32,000 nt of DNA from Paramicrosporidium saccamoebae KSL3. Lineage: Eukaryota > Fungi > Cryptomycota. Shown here piece after piece: positions 10,212 through 19,524 of the stretch. The notes under the pieces are model-generated. The model saw only the letters and a list, made by a program, of their open reading frames with translations. It searched no databases and had not been told where the DNA came from. The position numbers were made by a program, and so were the translations under genes. The stretch covers positions 93,753-125,752 of the forward strand of contig MTSL01000205.1 of assembly GCA_002794465.1 (NCBI GenBank). Reading direction: 5' to 3'. The number at the start of each line of letters is the position of its first letter. Position 1 is the first letter of the stretch.

Positions 10212-12560
10212 TCATGCACCATCTGAGAATATCGAAAGGCATTCTATGGGGAGCAACTCTGGCACATTTGTGTTTGGCTGAGGCCTCTCAGGATCGACAA
10301 GAGCGTTCCATTCCAAAACGTGTATACATCCCTGCTCAGTGGCAATATCAATCTCAAGCTGATTCAATGCCCAGCCAGGCTTGAATCCGTCCAGAGAATC
10401 TCGGTGATATCGCATCAGAAACCACTCGAAAGTTTTCAATTTTCCAGTCACACAAGCCAGATGCAACGCTGTCGCACTTGGTCTGTGCATGTGGGGATTG
10501 AAATTCCTGTACCATTCCAAAAGATCCACATAGCCACGCGCAGCAGCATCATTGATTTCATGTTGGGTCAATGTCCAGCAAGGATTGACGGAGGCATACC
10601 ATTCGAGATCGGCACAACGCCCCGATTTCCGCGCCTCGTTCAGTCCGTCTATAGTTAGTCGAGGCGTTACAACACTGGCATTGGCATGGGCAGCCCAGTT
10701 CAAGACATATACACGTCCTTGTGCAGCAGCACGCTCGGCCGCATGTTGAGTCCACATCCAGTCAGAGCTGGACAAAAATGTACACTTTTGAGGATATCTC
10801 GTCAGAGCCCATTCAAAGAGTTCCAAATCTCCATAGTCCACAACAATCGCTTTCTGCAAAGTCCTTTCGCTTAGTTTGGGCATTTCGGGATCAACGGAGG
10901 CCCACCACTGCAACACATGTAAATGTCCTCCCTCAATGGCCACATCAATGTCATCTTGAGTCAATGTCCTACCAAGTCCGATTTCCGTAAACCATTTAAG
11001 AACGTTTAAATATCCACATCTGCAAGTTTCGTTCCATATCTCTGCGCTTGGTCGAGTTATTTTATCTTTGTCAAGAGCATATTGCCATTGCAAGATGGCC
11101 ATTTCCCCACTTACCGTAGCAGCAGCAATGTTATCTTGGCTCATTACCCAGTTGGGGTTGACCGAGGCATGCAACTTTAAAATATCGATAGATCCGCATT
11201 GAATGCAATCATTAATGTCTTTTTCACTCAGCATCCAGTCCCGATCAACCGTGACATACCACCTGAGACTTTGCAAGTGATTGTTTTTGATGGCCCTATT
11301 CAATGTTTTTGCACTTGGTCGAGACATTGTTTGATTGATACCTGCGTACCATTCTAAAATGTGTACATATCCATCTTCAAATATGATATCAATGGCTTCT
11401 TGACTCAATGTCCAGTCAGAGTTGATAGACTTGTACCATTGGAGAACTCCCAAATGGCCATGGCAGCAAACCAACTCCAGTATCTCGGCACTTAATGGAA
11501 GCATACCGGGAACGAAAGAAACGTACCATTTCAAAACATGCATATACCCGTTTGCAGCTGCCTTCTGAATATAATCTGGATTCAATATCCAGCCAGGTTT
11601 GAATGAGTCTTCGCGGCCGCTGTGGTATTTGGATAGATACCACTCGATAACATCCAGTTTTCCATTTTCATGCGCCTCTTCCAGCGCATCATCGCTTGGA
11701 CGGAGCATTTCAGGATTGATGTCCATATACCATTCTAAAAGTTCCACACCGTGGTACATAGTGGTGGCCTCATCAATGTCCCTCTGACTCATGATCCAGC
11801 TTGGATTGTAAGAACGGATAAAACGGAGAATATTTGATCTATCATCGCTTATCAAGCGTCCAAGGCTAGAAATAGAGGGCACTCCCCTTAACTTTCTTAA
11901 GAGGAACAGGACACTATCCTCTGGCATACAGGCTTGAATTGCATTGTTTAAATCATTCATGGATGGTGCCCATAGTCCTCCAATAATCAACGAATGAAGT
12001 AGAATAGCGTTTCCCGAACTTAGTGCGTAACTCGGTCTGCAAGTAAAAGCAATGTCACGCTCTTTCAGTAACTTTGCCAATCGCAATGTGCCATAACGGC
12101 CCACGTCAATATTCTCACCTTTGAATACAGATAAGTCACGCAAGGCCCCCATAATATTGATAGCATCATGCTGAATTAGACCACTTGGGTTTAGCACTTT
12201 TTTGCGCAACTCGGGTGGCAAGCTTACAAGCACACTCGGATTATCAGCCATGAGAATGGAAGGAATATTGGCCTCTAGTTCTTTCTCCGAGGCCAAGGTG
12301 GAGCCCCAAAGAGTATCATGATACTTGGCATAGCACCATACACGCTTCGCAGCTGCCCACTGAGATATGTCAGGGAAGCTGTCAATGATGGGGCCATTGG
12401 AGCCACGCTCAACCATTTCCTCTACAAACATCTGGAACGTACTGAAGGGACACTGTTCAGACAAACGCTGGAGTAGCTGCTCCTCATTAAGGCCCTTTAA
12501 ACCGGCTCCAGAGATGAATTCAAGGAACAGGGAAAGGCATGCAATCAATGACACTTTCAT
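10212..12560 (-). CDS. Putative secreted ankyrin-like repeat protein, tandem copy 3 (782 aa, divergent shorter C-terminus)
   Basis: Same architecture as copies 1 and 2. The track start at 12563 is GTG; ATG is at 12560. Confidence 0.85.
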   Translation of the reverse strand: MKVSLIACLSLFLEFISGAGLKGLNEEQLLQRLSEQCPFSTFQMFVEEMVERGSNGPIIDSFPDISQWAAAKRVWCYAKYHDTLWGSTLASEKELEANIPSILMADNPSVLVSLPPELRKKVLNPSGLIQHDAINIMGALRDLSVFKGENIDVGRYGTLRLAKLLKERDIAFTCRPSYALSSGNAILLHSLIIGGLWAPSMNDLNNAIQACMPEDSVLFLLRKLRGVPSISSLGRLISDDRSNILRFIRSYNPSWIMSQRDIDEATTMYHGVELLEWYMDINPEMLRPSDDALEEAHENGKLDVIEWYLSKYHSGREDSFKPGWILNPDYIQKAAANGYMHVLKWYVSFVPGMLPLSAEILELVCCHGHLGVLQWYKSINSDWTLSQEAIDIIFEDGYVHILEWYAGINQTMSRPSAKTLNRAIKNNHLQSLRWYVTVDRDWMLSEKDINDCIQCGSIDILKLHASVNPNWVMSQDNIAAATVSGEMAILQWQYALDKDKITRPSAEIWNETCRCGYLNVLKWFTEIGLGRTLTQDDIDVAIEGGHLHVLQWWASVDPEMPKLSERTLQKAIVVDYGDLELFEWALTRYPQKCTFLSSSDWMWTQHAAERAAAQGRVYVLNWAAHANASVVTPRLTIDGLNEARKSGRCADLEWYASVNPCWTLTQHEINDAAARGYVDLLEWYRNFNPHMHRPSATALHLACVTGKLKTFEWFLMRYHRDSLDGFKPGWALNQLEIDIATEQGCIHVLEWNALVDPERPQPNTNVPELLPIECLSIFSDGA

Positions 12561-12991
12561 CACCGAAAAAGGCGACTTGATTCAGCCACAAGTTCAATTG
12601 TGCAGAGGTGCGAGGCTTGTAGGAAGGATCTTAGGAGTAATCACTTGATAATGGTCTAAACTCAAATAGCGTGCCCATTAGTCAGATGTGTCTTGTAAAG
12701 AGGGTACATGCCTACAAGTATAACACACTCTTTACTAAAGTAACCTTTTCCTGATCATCAACCAGCCCATTATTTTTAATCTGGTTTGTGCTGACATGTC
12801 ATGATACTTTGCAATATGCCATGATATTATTCGCTACGTGCTCGCTTCTTTATATTATTCAACATGTGCTGTACGGTGGTTGTTGCCACGCTGAAATGTC
12901 GTAGCACTTTTTATCTCTTTCTCTCGCTCTTTTCCGTTATTATTATCCAACAAACATGTATTATACGGTAGTTATTGCCGTGTGATACAAC

Positions 12992-13791
12992 TTAATCATC
13001 CTCGGCAAGTTTGTTGAGAATAGTATCAATTTCAGAAATGGACAGAGCACGGAATCGAGGCTGGTTCAATGAAACAACCCCAATCTCAATGTCTGTCGAT
13101 TTAAACTCTTGTCCAACCACCTGGGCGAGTGTGGCAATGGAAATCTCAACAGTCTCCTCCAGACTGTTTCCAAAATAAGCCAATCCATTGGCATCCTTAG
13201 CGGTGACCTTTTTCTCCATAGCGTTGGTAACCTCAGTCGCCTTGGGTCCCGCCGATGTTGCCGCATAGCCAATGTAAAAGCCTGCTGGATCGCATTTGTA
13301 CACTTTTGGCACAAGTCCCTCCTTCTCCTGCTCCATCCCCACCAGTGTCATTGCGACACCTAACGGCCGCATTGCCGCCTGTTGGGTCGACACCTGATTC
13401 AGGTTGGCAATGCGTCGTGCCAGCAACTCGACCGTAATGTCATAGCCAAACTTGTAGCGAAATTCGGCAGCCTCCTGGCGAGCACGGGCGAGGAGAGCGC
13501 GGGCGTCGGCAGTCAGTCCAGTAATAACGGAGCCAATGTGTGCTGTGATGGGAAAGATGCGGGTAATTGTCTTGGCATCATAGAGTTTGTCCTAAGGGTT
13601 AATGAGGGGGAGGGGAATACGGGGATTTTGCGCTGGGAAATGACGACGGCGCAGTCCTTGCCTCGAAGACCAATTGAGGTAAAGCCCTCGTTGCTGATGG
13701 CCTTGAAGGCATATTCAACTTGGTACAGACGTCCCTCGGGGGAAAAGATGGTAATATGTCTATCATAACCAGCCGAACCACCACGACTCAT
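12992..13791 (-). CDS. SCL1: 20S proteasome subunit alpha1 (PSMA6/SCL1), 256 aa; exons 13621-13791 and 12992-13591
   Basis: N-terminus [24 protein letters not shown]. Removing the 29-nt intron 13592-13620 (GTATTC...TTAACCCTTAG) restores KIP|DKL and an open frame through MRPLGV and VYKCDPAG. Confidence 0.95.
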
Positions 13792-13826
13792 GCTGATATA
13801 TTAATCAAAGAAACTATTTTGTTGTA

Positions 13827-14745
13827 ATGCATGGACTCAGTCTGGATGCAATTGAACCCACTGAAGAGGGCCAGCTAGACGACTTGGATAGCGTTTTTGC
13901 TGAAACTGAAGAGCTGCCTAAAACATTGACAGTGGATGGGCGGGGCTACGGCACTTGGCTACCAGGAGAGGCCTCAAAGGCGTCCAGCCAGGTATGCACG
14001 CGATGGCCATAGCTGATCATGTAGATTAATAAGGAACATGCATCGGCCATCATTAAAGACATCCTGATGAGGAGACCTCCGGCCATCAGCCCCACCTTGC
14101 CTTGTCTTGAACCCGATTTGAGCAGTCTGAAGACTGACCCACTGGATCTCGATCCCATCCCAGAAGTGTCCTCGTCCCCCAAACGCCACAAAACAAAGCC
14201 CCCATCTGGTACAGCGACCCCGCGCACCTCACGACGTCCCTCCGCTTCGACAGATAAACCAAAGAGCACTCGGACACCAGAGGTGGCGAAATTACAAGAA
14301 TATTTCAAGCGGATGGAGGACGTGGAATCTAAAGAGCAGCATTCAGTACTAGAGATTTTTATTCAATTGTTAGGATACAATAGAAGAGTGGAAATCACTG
14401 ATTGGAGTTTTGGAAAAGATGGAAACTATAGAGAGTGCCAAGACGCCCAGGAATTCCAATCTCTTGTCAATCTGGTAGAATACTCCTTTTTATGTAATAT
14501 TGTGTAGCTGTTCAACACTCTCCTGGATCACTGAACATTTGATAGACCTGATCCTGAAACGGATACAAATCAAAGCAGCCACCGGCAATAGTGATTCTTC
14601 TGTCCTGCTCACCCATCTTGCCCAAGTGAGCGCTCTCCGAGAACAGTCCCGTCGACTCTATCTCCGTGCCCTCCATTACCATGCGAGCGCCACCTCGCCC
14701 CTCCTCCCGCTGACCACATTTTTGGCAGAAATAAAGAAATTGTAA
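13827..14745 (+). CDS. Hypothetical intron-containing protein; exon 1 13827-13991, exon 2 from 14025, 3' structure uncertain
   Basis: A 33-nt intron at 13992-14024 (GTATGC...CTGAT...TAG) contains the in-frame stop and joins ORF 13827 to ORF 14067 in frame. How it joins to ORF 14500-14745 is ambiguous. No family recognised. Confidence 0.55.
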
Positions 14746-14967
14746 TTTTGATGTTGATGTTGATGTTTAAAGCCCTGGCCCATATAATAATGAGCGTCTA
14801 TTCGCATGCCCCTTTGCACAGTGTTGGGCAATATCGTTCTTTACGATAAGATTGATCACAATTGACTGCGGATCTCTTCCACAAGAGCCGTAACTGCCTG
14901 CCAGTAGGTGGGAAGAGGTCATAGTCCGCCACCCTGGTCCGCAGATATACTCTCCCACACTCATTGA

Positions 14968-15375
14968 ATGCTATTTGTAACGCGGGTGGAATGCTTCAGT
15001 GCGGCACATCGACTAAATTCAGTGGCCATGGGAAAGGAGGAAAATGAGAAAATCTACGGAAAGTGCAATTGGGAGGGCGGTCATGGTCACAATTACAGAG
15101 TGGAGGTTACAGTGATGGGCGAGGCGGATGAGCGGACAGGCATGGTTGTGAACGTTGTAGACTTGAAAAAGTGCATTTGGGGGTTTGCTCTTGACAAACT
15201 GGACCATCATAATCTGGATCGGGATATAGAGTATTTTAAGGATCGTCCAAGCACCACAGAAAATGTAGCGCGCTATATTTGGATGCAGCTGGTTGAGAAT
15301 ATCCCAAAACCGGCAAGGCTCTACGAAGTAAGAGTCGATGAGACGGACAAGAATCGTGTAATTTATCGGGGATAA
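14968..15375 (+). CDS. PTS: 6-pyruvoyl-tetrahydropterin synthase (BH4 pathway), 135 aa
   Basis: FSAAHRL, KCNxxxGHGHNY (catalytic Cys and Zn-binding His), LDHxNLD, STTENVA and ETxKN: eukaryotic-type PTPS. Confidence 0.95.
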   Translation: MLFVTRVECFSAAHRLNSVAMGKEENEKIYGKCNWEGGHGHNYRVEVTVMGEADERTGMVVNVVDLKKCIWGFALDKLDHHNLDRDIEYFKDRPSTTENVARYIWMQLVENIPKPARLYEVRVDETDKNRVIYRG

Positions 15376-15378
15376 CTC

Positions 15379-16841
15379 TTATTGTGTGCAAAGGCGACGA
15401 AGAGAGAGGCCAAGTGCGGCAAGGACAGACGCGCCAAGACCTCCAAAAATAAAGTTGGCAATTGTCTCCTGTCTATCGGCGCGTCTAATGACTTCGGCAT
15501 AGGGAATGCTACTAAATGCGACCATTGAGTAAAGGGGCACCATAATTTTGGGCATCAGTTTGTGCAGCTTGGCGTATAATGAGCGCTTTAGCTTGAACAG
15601 ACGACTGGTCATGGCGGTGCTCATCTCCCAGTAATTGTAGAGTGCAAGATCTGCAATTGCATGAGCGTCGGGGTTTCTTGTGGTGGAATACTTTTGAAAG
15701 GCCTCCAATCGATCTGGCACCTCGGTGAGGATCTGAGAGAGGACTGTCAAATCTTCGAACCCGGCATTCATGCCTTGCCCATAAAAGGGAACGACAGCGT
15801 GAGCGGCATCTCCCAGTAACAATACCTTGTCCCCATGATGGTACTGTGAACACTACAAAGTTGGCTGGACAAACATGATCTACCTTCATGGTTACGAGGG
15901 AGCCAACAGGGTTTTTGGTATACTCTTGAGCGACTCGATCTTCCCCGATCAGCTCCAAGGCATCGGGAAAGTGGGTTTGAAAAAGCGTCTTGACATCACT
16001 GCTACTTTTGACCTGATCAAACAAGACATGGGGATAGAAGAGGGTGCACGTAAACGTCGCATCCTACATATTACTCCACAGCACGTAGCGTACCGGATTA
16101 GGGAGAGCTATGAGCATAAACTGTCCACGGGGCCAAATATGGAGATAGTTCAGTGGCATCTTCCAATCGCCCTTTTCATCCGGCAAAATACTAAATTCCT
16201 TATAGCCATGTGGAACATAGCTCTGTGCAAAATCCATTCTCGCAAATTTGAGCATCTCACGTCGCACAGCGGAAAAGGCACCATCGCATCCGAGAATAAA
16301 ATCGGCCGTTTCAATCGTCTCTGCGCCGGTTTGGGGGTGGAGAAACGATAGCGTGCCAGTGTTGGCGTCCATCGTCTGTAATTCCTGCTCAAAGTGAAAC
16401 TCGACATTTTCTAGCTCCTCTGCGGCATTCAAGAGTATTTCATTCAAGCCTCTTCTACTCACCGAGTTGATGACCTGAATATCAGAGACAACATGCGGGA
16501 TTGTACCTCTCCAAAGGTGCCGTACGGAACGACAGAGGTAGACTTTCCATCAGCAGAATGCAACATGCGTCCCTTCATTGGGATCGCCAAGTCAAGAACC
16601 AGCTTGTCTAACCCAACATCTTTCAATGCTAGGATGCCACGCGTCGAGAGTGCCAAGTTGATGCTGCGTCCTTCAACAGTCTTTTCGGTGCGCATATCTC
16701 CAGCATGATAAAGTGCATCTATGTCTTACCCGGACGCTTTTCATACACAACAACATTGTGGCCAAGACGGGCCATATATATGGCGGCTAGTGAGCCAACA
16801 AGACCTGCTCCGACGATAACCACCTTATTCTGTTCTGTCAT
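15379..16841 (-). CDS. BNA4: Kynurenine 3-monooxygenase (KMO/BNA4), 445 aa; exons 16730-16841, 16507-16697, 16094-16474, 15884-16063, 15379-15852
   Basis: GAGLVG FAD motif, GRSINLALSTRG, GCDGAFSAVR, HIWPRGxFMLIALPN and LLGDAAHAVVPFYGQGMNAGFED. Introns of 32, 32, 30 and 31 nt join all pieces in frame (1338 nt in total). Confidence 0.95.
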
Positions 16842-17140
16842 GCGTCTGACTGATCCAAAGTCCGCTTAATTAATACAAATGCGACCAATCAAATAGAGTA
16901 ATAACAAGTCTGAGATAGTATGACTATGGACCAGGAATTCCAATAAAGGGCCATGCTGATGAGCGAATTATTGTGTATTTACTAAAGGTATGGCGCATAG
17001 ACTACCGTCCTCAATACACTGGATTGTGGGGATAGCTTTTAAGATTACGAATCATAAATGGATGATGTTTAACAGATCCCATTGGTACACTTTTTGGTCG
17101 CGCTTCAATAGCACTGGGATACACCAGCCTCAATCCTTTT

Positions 17141-17626
17141 TTATTTTTGTGCCCATTGATTGTACTGGGATAAAAACTTGTCGGTAAGGAATTCGGCATC
17201 AGCTCGCCCGTACTTGACCAGTAATTGCACGAGCTCGTCTCTAAACTTGCCGTCAAGTTTGCCACTCCAATCTCGTCTATCAAAGACGTATACAGGAATC
17301 CCGTCATTTTTACAGATTGCTGCAGCATCGCCATCTTTCAACACACGTCCATCCTGCACTAGGACCACCTGCGTCACGTCGCAATCCAGCATAGAAGAAG
17401 CTTCCTTCTGAAGTTTTGTAATAGAGGGCTCGGTGCGAGAGAGCTTAACAGTCGAGGATTTAGAGCCAAGACGTTTTAATGTAATTTCAACAATGCTAAC
17501 GGTAGGTCTCTTGGCAGTGTCAGGCCCCTTGCTTACCGGTGCATTGTAGGTACTGTCATACTGTACAGGAAAAGCGGCCAATTTGGCCAAGAACTGCTCT
17601 GCAAACTGCAAAATATCGCCGCTCAT
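17141..17626 (-). CDS. GET5/MDY2/UBL4A-like ubiquitin-like protein of the tail-anchor pathway, 161 aa
   Basis: The N-terminal FAEQFLAKL segment resembles the fungal Get4-binding region. A central ubiquitin-like fold (LVQDGRVLKDG) is followed by a short C-terminal helical domain. Recognised by eye only. Confidence 0.6.
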   Translation of the reverse strand: MSGDILQFAEQFLAKLAAFPVQYDSTYNAPVSKGPDTAKRPTVSIVEITLKRLGSKSSTVKLSRTEPSITKLQKEASSMLDCDVTQVVLVQDGRVLKDGDAAAICKNDGIPVYVFDRRDWSGKLDGKFRDELVQLLVKYGRADAEFLTDKFLSQYNQWAQK

Positions 17627-17931
17627 CCACTAACCCTTTTAAAACTATTTTCTGTGAGTTGATGTGGAACGAACCAGGGCGTAAAGTTCTAGTAATACCG
17701 CTTTATGGAACTTTTTGATTCGTAATATTCAACAAAGAATCTGTTAAACAGCATCTGCTTACGATCAATGGTCCCCGTCCAAAATGTTACCCCCATAAGA
17801 TATTAAGGGTGGCGACCTATAAAAGACGCTTCTGACTTTAAATAGTTTCAATTCTTCAACAAAATCTCTACTTCCAACCCAAACCCCAACCCCAATCACA
17901 ACCACAGTCGCACTTGCATAGGTCGGTTCTA

Positions 17932-19524
17932 TTAAAACTTTATAATCCCTTGATCGTCCTCGATCGGTTCAAATCCTGTGACCAGTCGCTCAGTCAGGGC
18001 GGCCAGGCGGATTGATTGTTGGTGGGCCGAGGTTGCTGCGCGTCCCAGCACTAGGACATCCCAGAGCATCATGGCCTCTTGAGTTAGGAAGCGTTGAGCA
18101 AACTGTAGGGCATTTTGGGCAATCATGTGCGCTTTTTCAGGGTTCTGTCGGACCCAGAGGAGACGGTCAGTCAAAGTTTCATACTCCCAGGGAACATAAT
18201 GCACCCATGGTTTTAGAAGGAATTGGTAATATTCCTTACAGGGAGAACTCTGAAGAAGGACCGTCGAGCCTGAAAATAGGTATTGGCGCAGCTCTGGCGT
18301 CCATCCACACTGAGTGTCGGTCAAGATGATGTATCTGTAGCCTGTGGCCATCTCCACTGGTGACTTTATGGTTGTCGAATTGACGCAGTTCCATCCTGCA
18401 GGCTGACCGGTGAAAAAGACGGCCAACAACTCAGGGTGATCTTTTGAAAACTTTAATAGTCTCCCCCGTCCTCTAGTCAGACAATCTGACAAGCCAAAGG
18501 TTACATGCTCCTTGGCGTCACAAGTCGTGTCAGTAAGGACGCCTTGGAATGCTGCCTGATCTTTTCTTTCCTTCCACGGGACATTTTTAGTTGCCTTTGT
18601 GAACAGGTCCATCTTGTAGTCCCAGTTTTCGAATGGACCGTAGTACGAATCAGTCCATTCCAGGATGGGAAGAGTAATTGTATCGTCACAGCGTGTCATT
18701 GAAAGATATCTCAAGTTGTACCATCCATTCCTGGCGCTCTGATTGAGTGATTGCTCCTTCCGCATACAAAGAGGAAGCGTGGAGAGAGAGAGGGCAAATT
18801 CAAAGTTTGTAGCCTTGAAATAGTTCTGGACGGTGGCAATCCGCTGGAGAGTACGATTTAGACGCTCATGTTCCAAAGTCCCAGTGGGAGGGGCGAGAAT
18901 GGTGGCGTCGGTGAAGAGCAAGTGTGCATCATACTGAATTCGGTACATGAAAAGCGCGTCAAACGGATCATCGCTAGCGTAAATTGCATCAATGGTGTCT
19001 CCCTTGAAAAGCTGCTCGCCGAGTTCAGAAAAGAAGCGGTTGGCTAACTCTACCAACTCGTACGGACATTGGTTGAGGGACGGCAAAGCGTTTGCCTTGT
19101 GATATTGAGCATATTTCTTGGAACGACAGCGGCTTTTGGCTACAAGTAGGACGGGATCGTCACATTCGTCTTGAGGATCAAACGACTCTTTGAGGATGCG
19201 GTCTGCATCCGGCCAGCTGGCCTTGTCCATCCCAACCTCGGCCCACAGCACATCTCTCGCTTTGTCGACGGTTCCAATCATCCGACCGGTCGAGTCGAGC
19301 TGAACGTTTTGCCAAACTGCCGTCAAATTTCGAGGATTGTCTCCGACTGCCATCATTGTAGTGTGCACTACATACCGATTACCCCGTTGGAGAAATCCAA
19401 GGACGCGTGTCTGGAAGTGTCTCCTCAGCTTCCATCGTGCCCCACTCCAAATACAGAAAATTATAATGACAACTATGACAATTCGGGTAATTAACCCCAC
19501 ATTTGGTCGATGTCTCGCTAGCAT
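17932..19524 (-). CDS. Glycosyltransferase family 90 (CAP10/POGLUT-like), type II membrane protein, 530 aa
   Basis: N-terminal TM segment (ITRIVIVVIIIFCIWSG), plus PWKERKxxAxFQG, YRYII, LFSGSTVL, LKPWVHYVP and WVRQNPEKAxxIAQNAxxFA motifs. Confidence 0.85.
   Translation of the reverse strand: MLARHRPNVGLITRIVIVVIIIFCIWSGARWKLRRHFQTRVLGFLQRGNRYVVHTTMMAVGDNPRNLTAVWQNVQLDSTGRMIGTVDKARDVLWAEVGMDKASWPDADRILKESFDPQDECDDPVLLVAKSRCRSKKYAQYHKANALPSLNQCPYELVELANRFFSELGEQLFKGDTIDAIYASDDPFDALFMYRIQYDAHLLFTDATILAPPTGTLEHERLNRTLQRIATVQNYFKATNFEFALSLSTLPLCMRKEQSLNQSARNGWYNLRYLSMTRCDDTITLPILEWTDSYYGPFENWDYKMDLFTKATKNVPWKERKDQAAFQGVLTDTTCDAKEHVTFGLSDCLTRGRGRLLKFSKDHPELLAVFFTGQPAGWNCVNSTTIKSPVEMATGYRYIILTDTQCGWTPELRQYLFSGSTVLLQSSPCKEYYQFLLKPWVHYVPWEYETLTDRLLWVRQNPEKAHMIAQNALQFAQRFLTQEAMMLWDVLVLGRAATSAHQQSIRLAALTERLVTGFEPIEDDQGIIKF

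Noticed and set aside
14767-14964. 65-aa minus-strand ORF between the hypothetical gene and PTS
   Set aside because: No recognisable family, and its ATG is only 3 nt from the PTS ATG. The YICG similarity to Rpb12 does not extend.
16948-16960. Minus-strand ATCAGCATGGCCC resembling U6 snRNA (ATTAGCATGGCCC)
   Set aside because: No ACAGAGA box and no flanking U6 sequence.
17875-17897. CCAACCC/AAACCC/CAACCC run resembling a telomeric repeat
   Set aside because: Only about three imperfect units, so it is ordinary low-complexity sequence.
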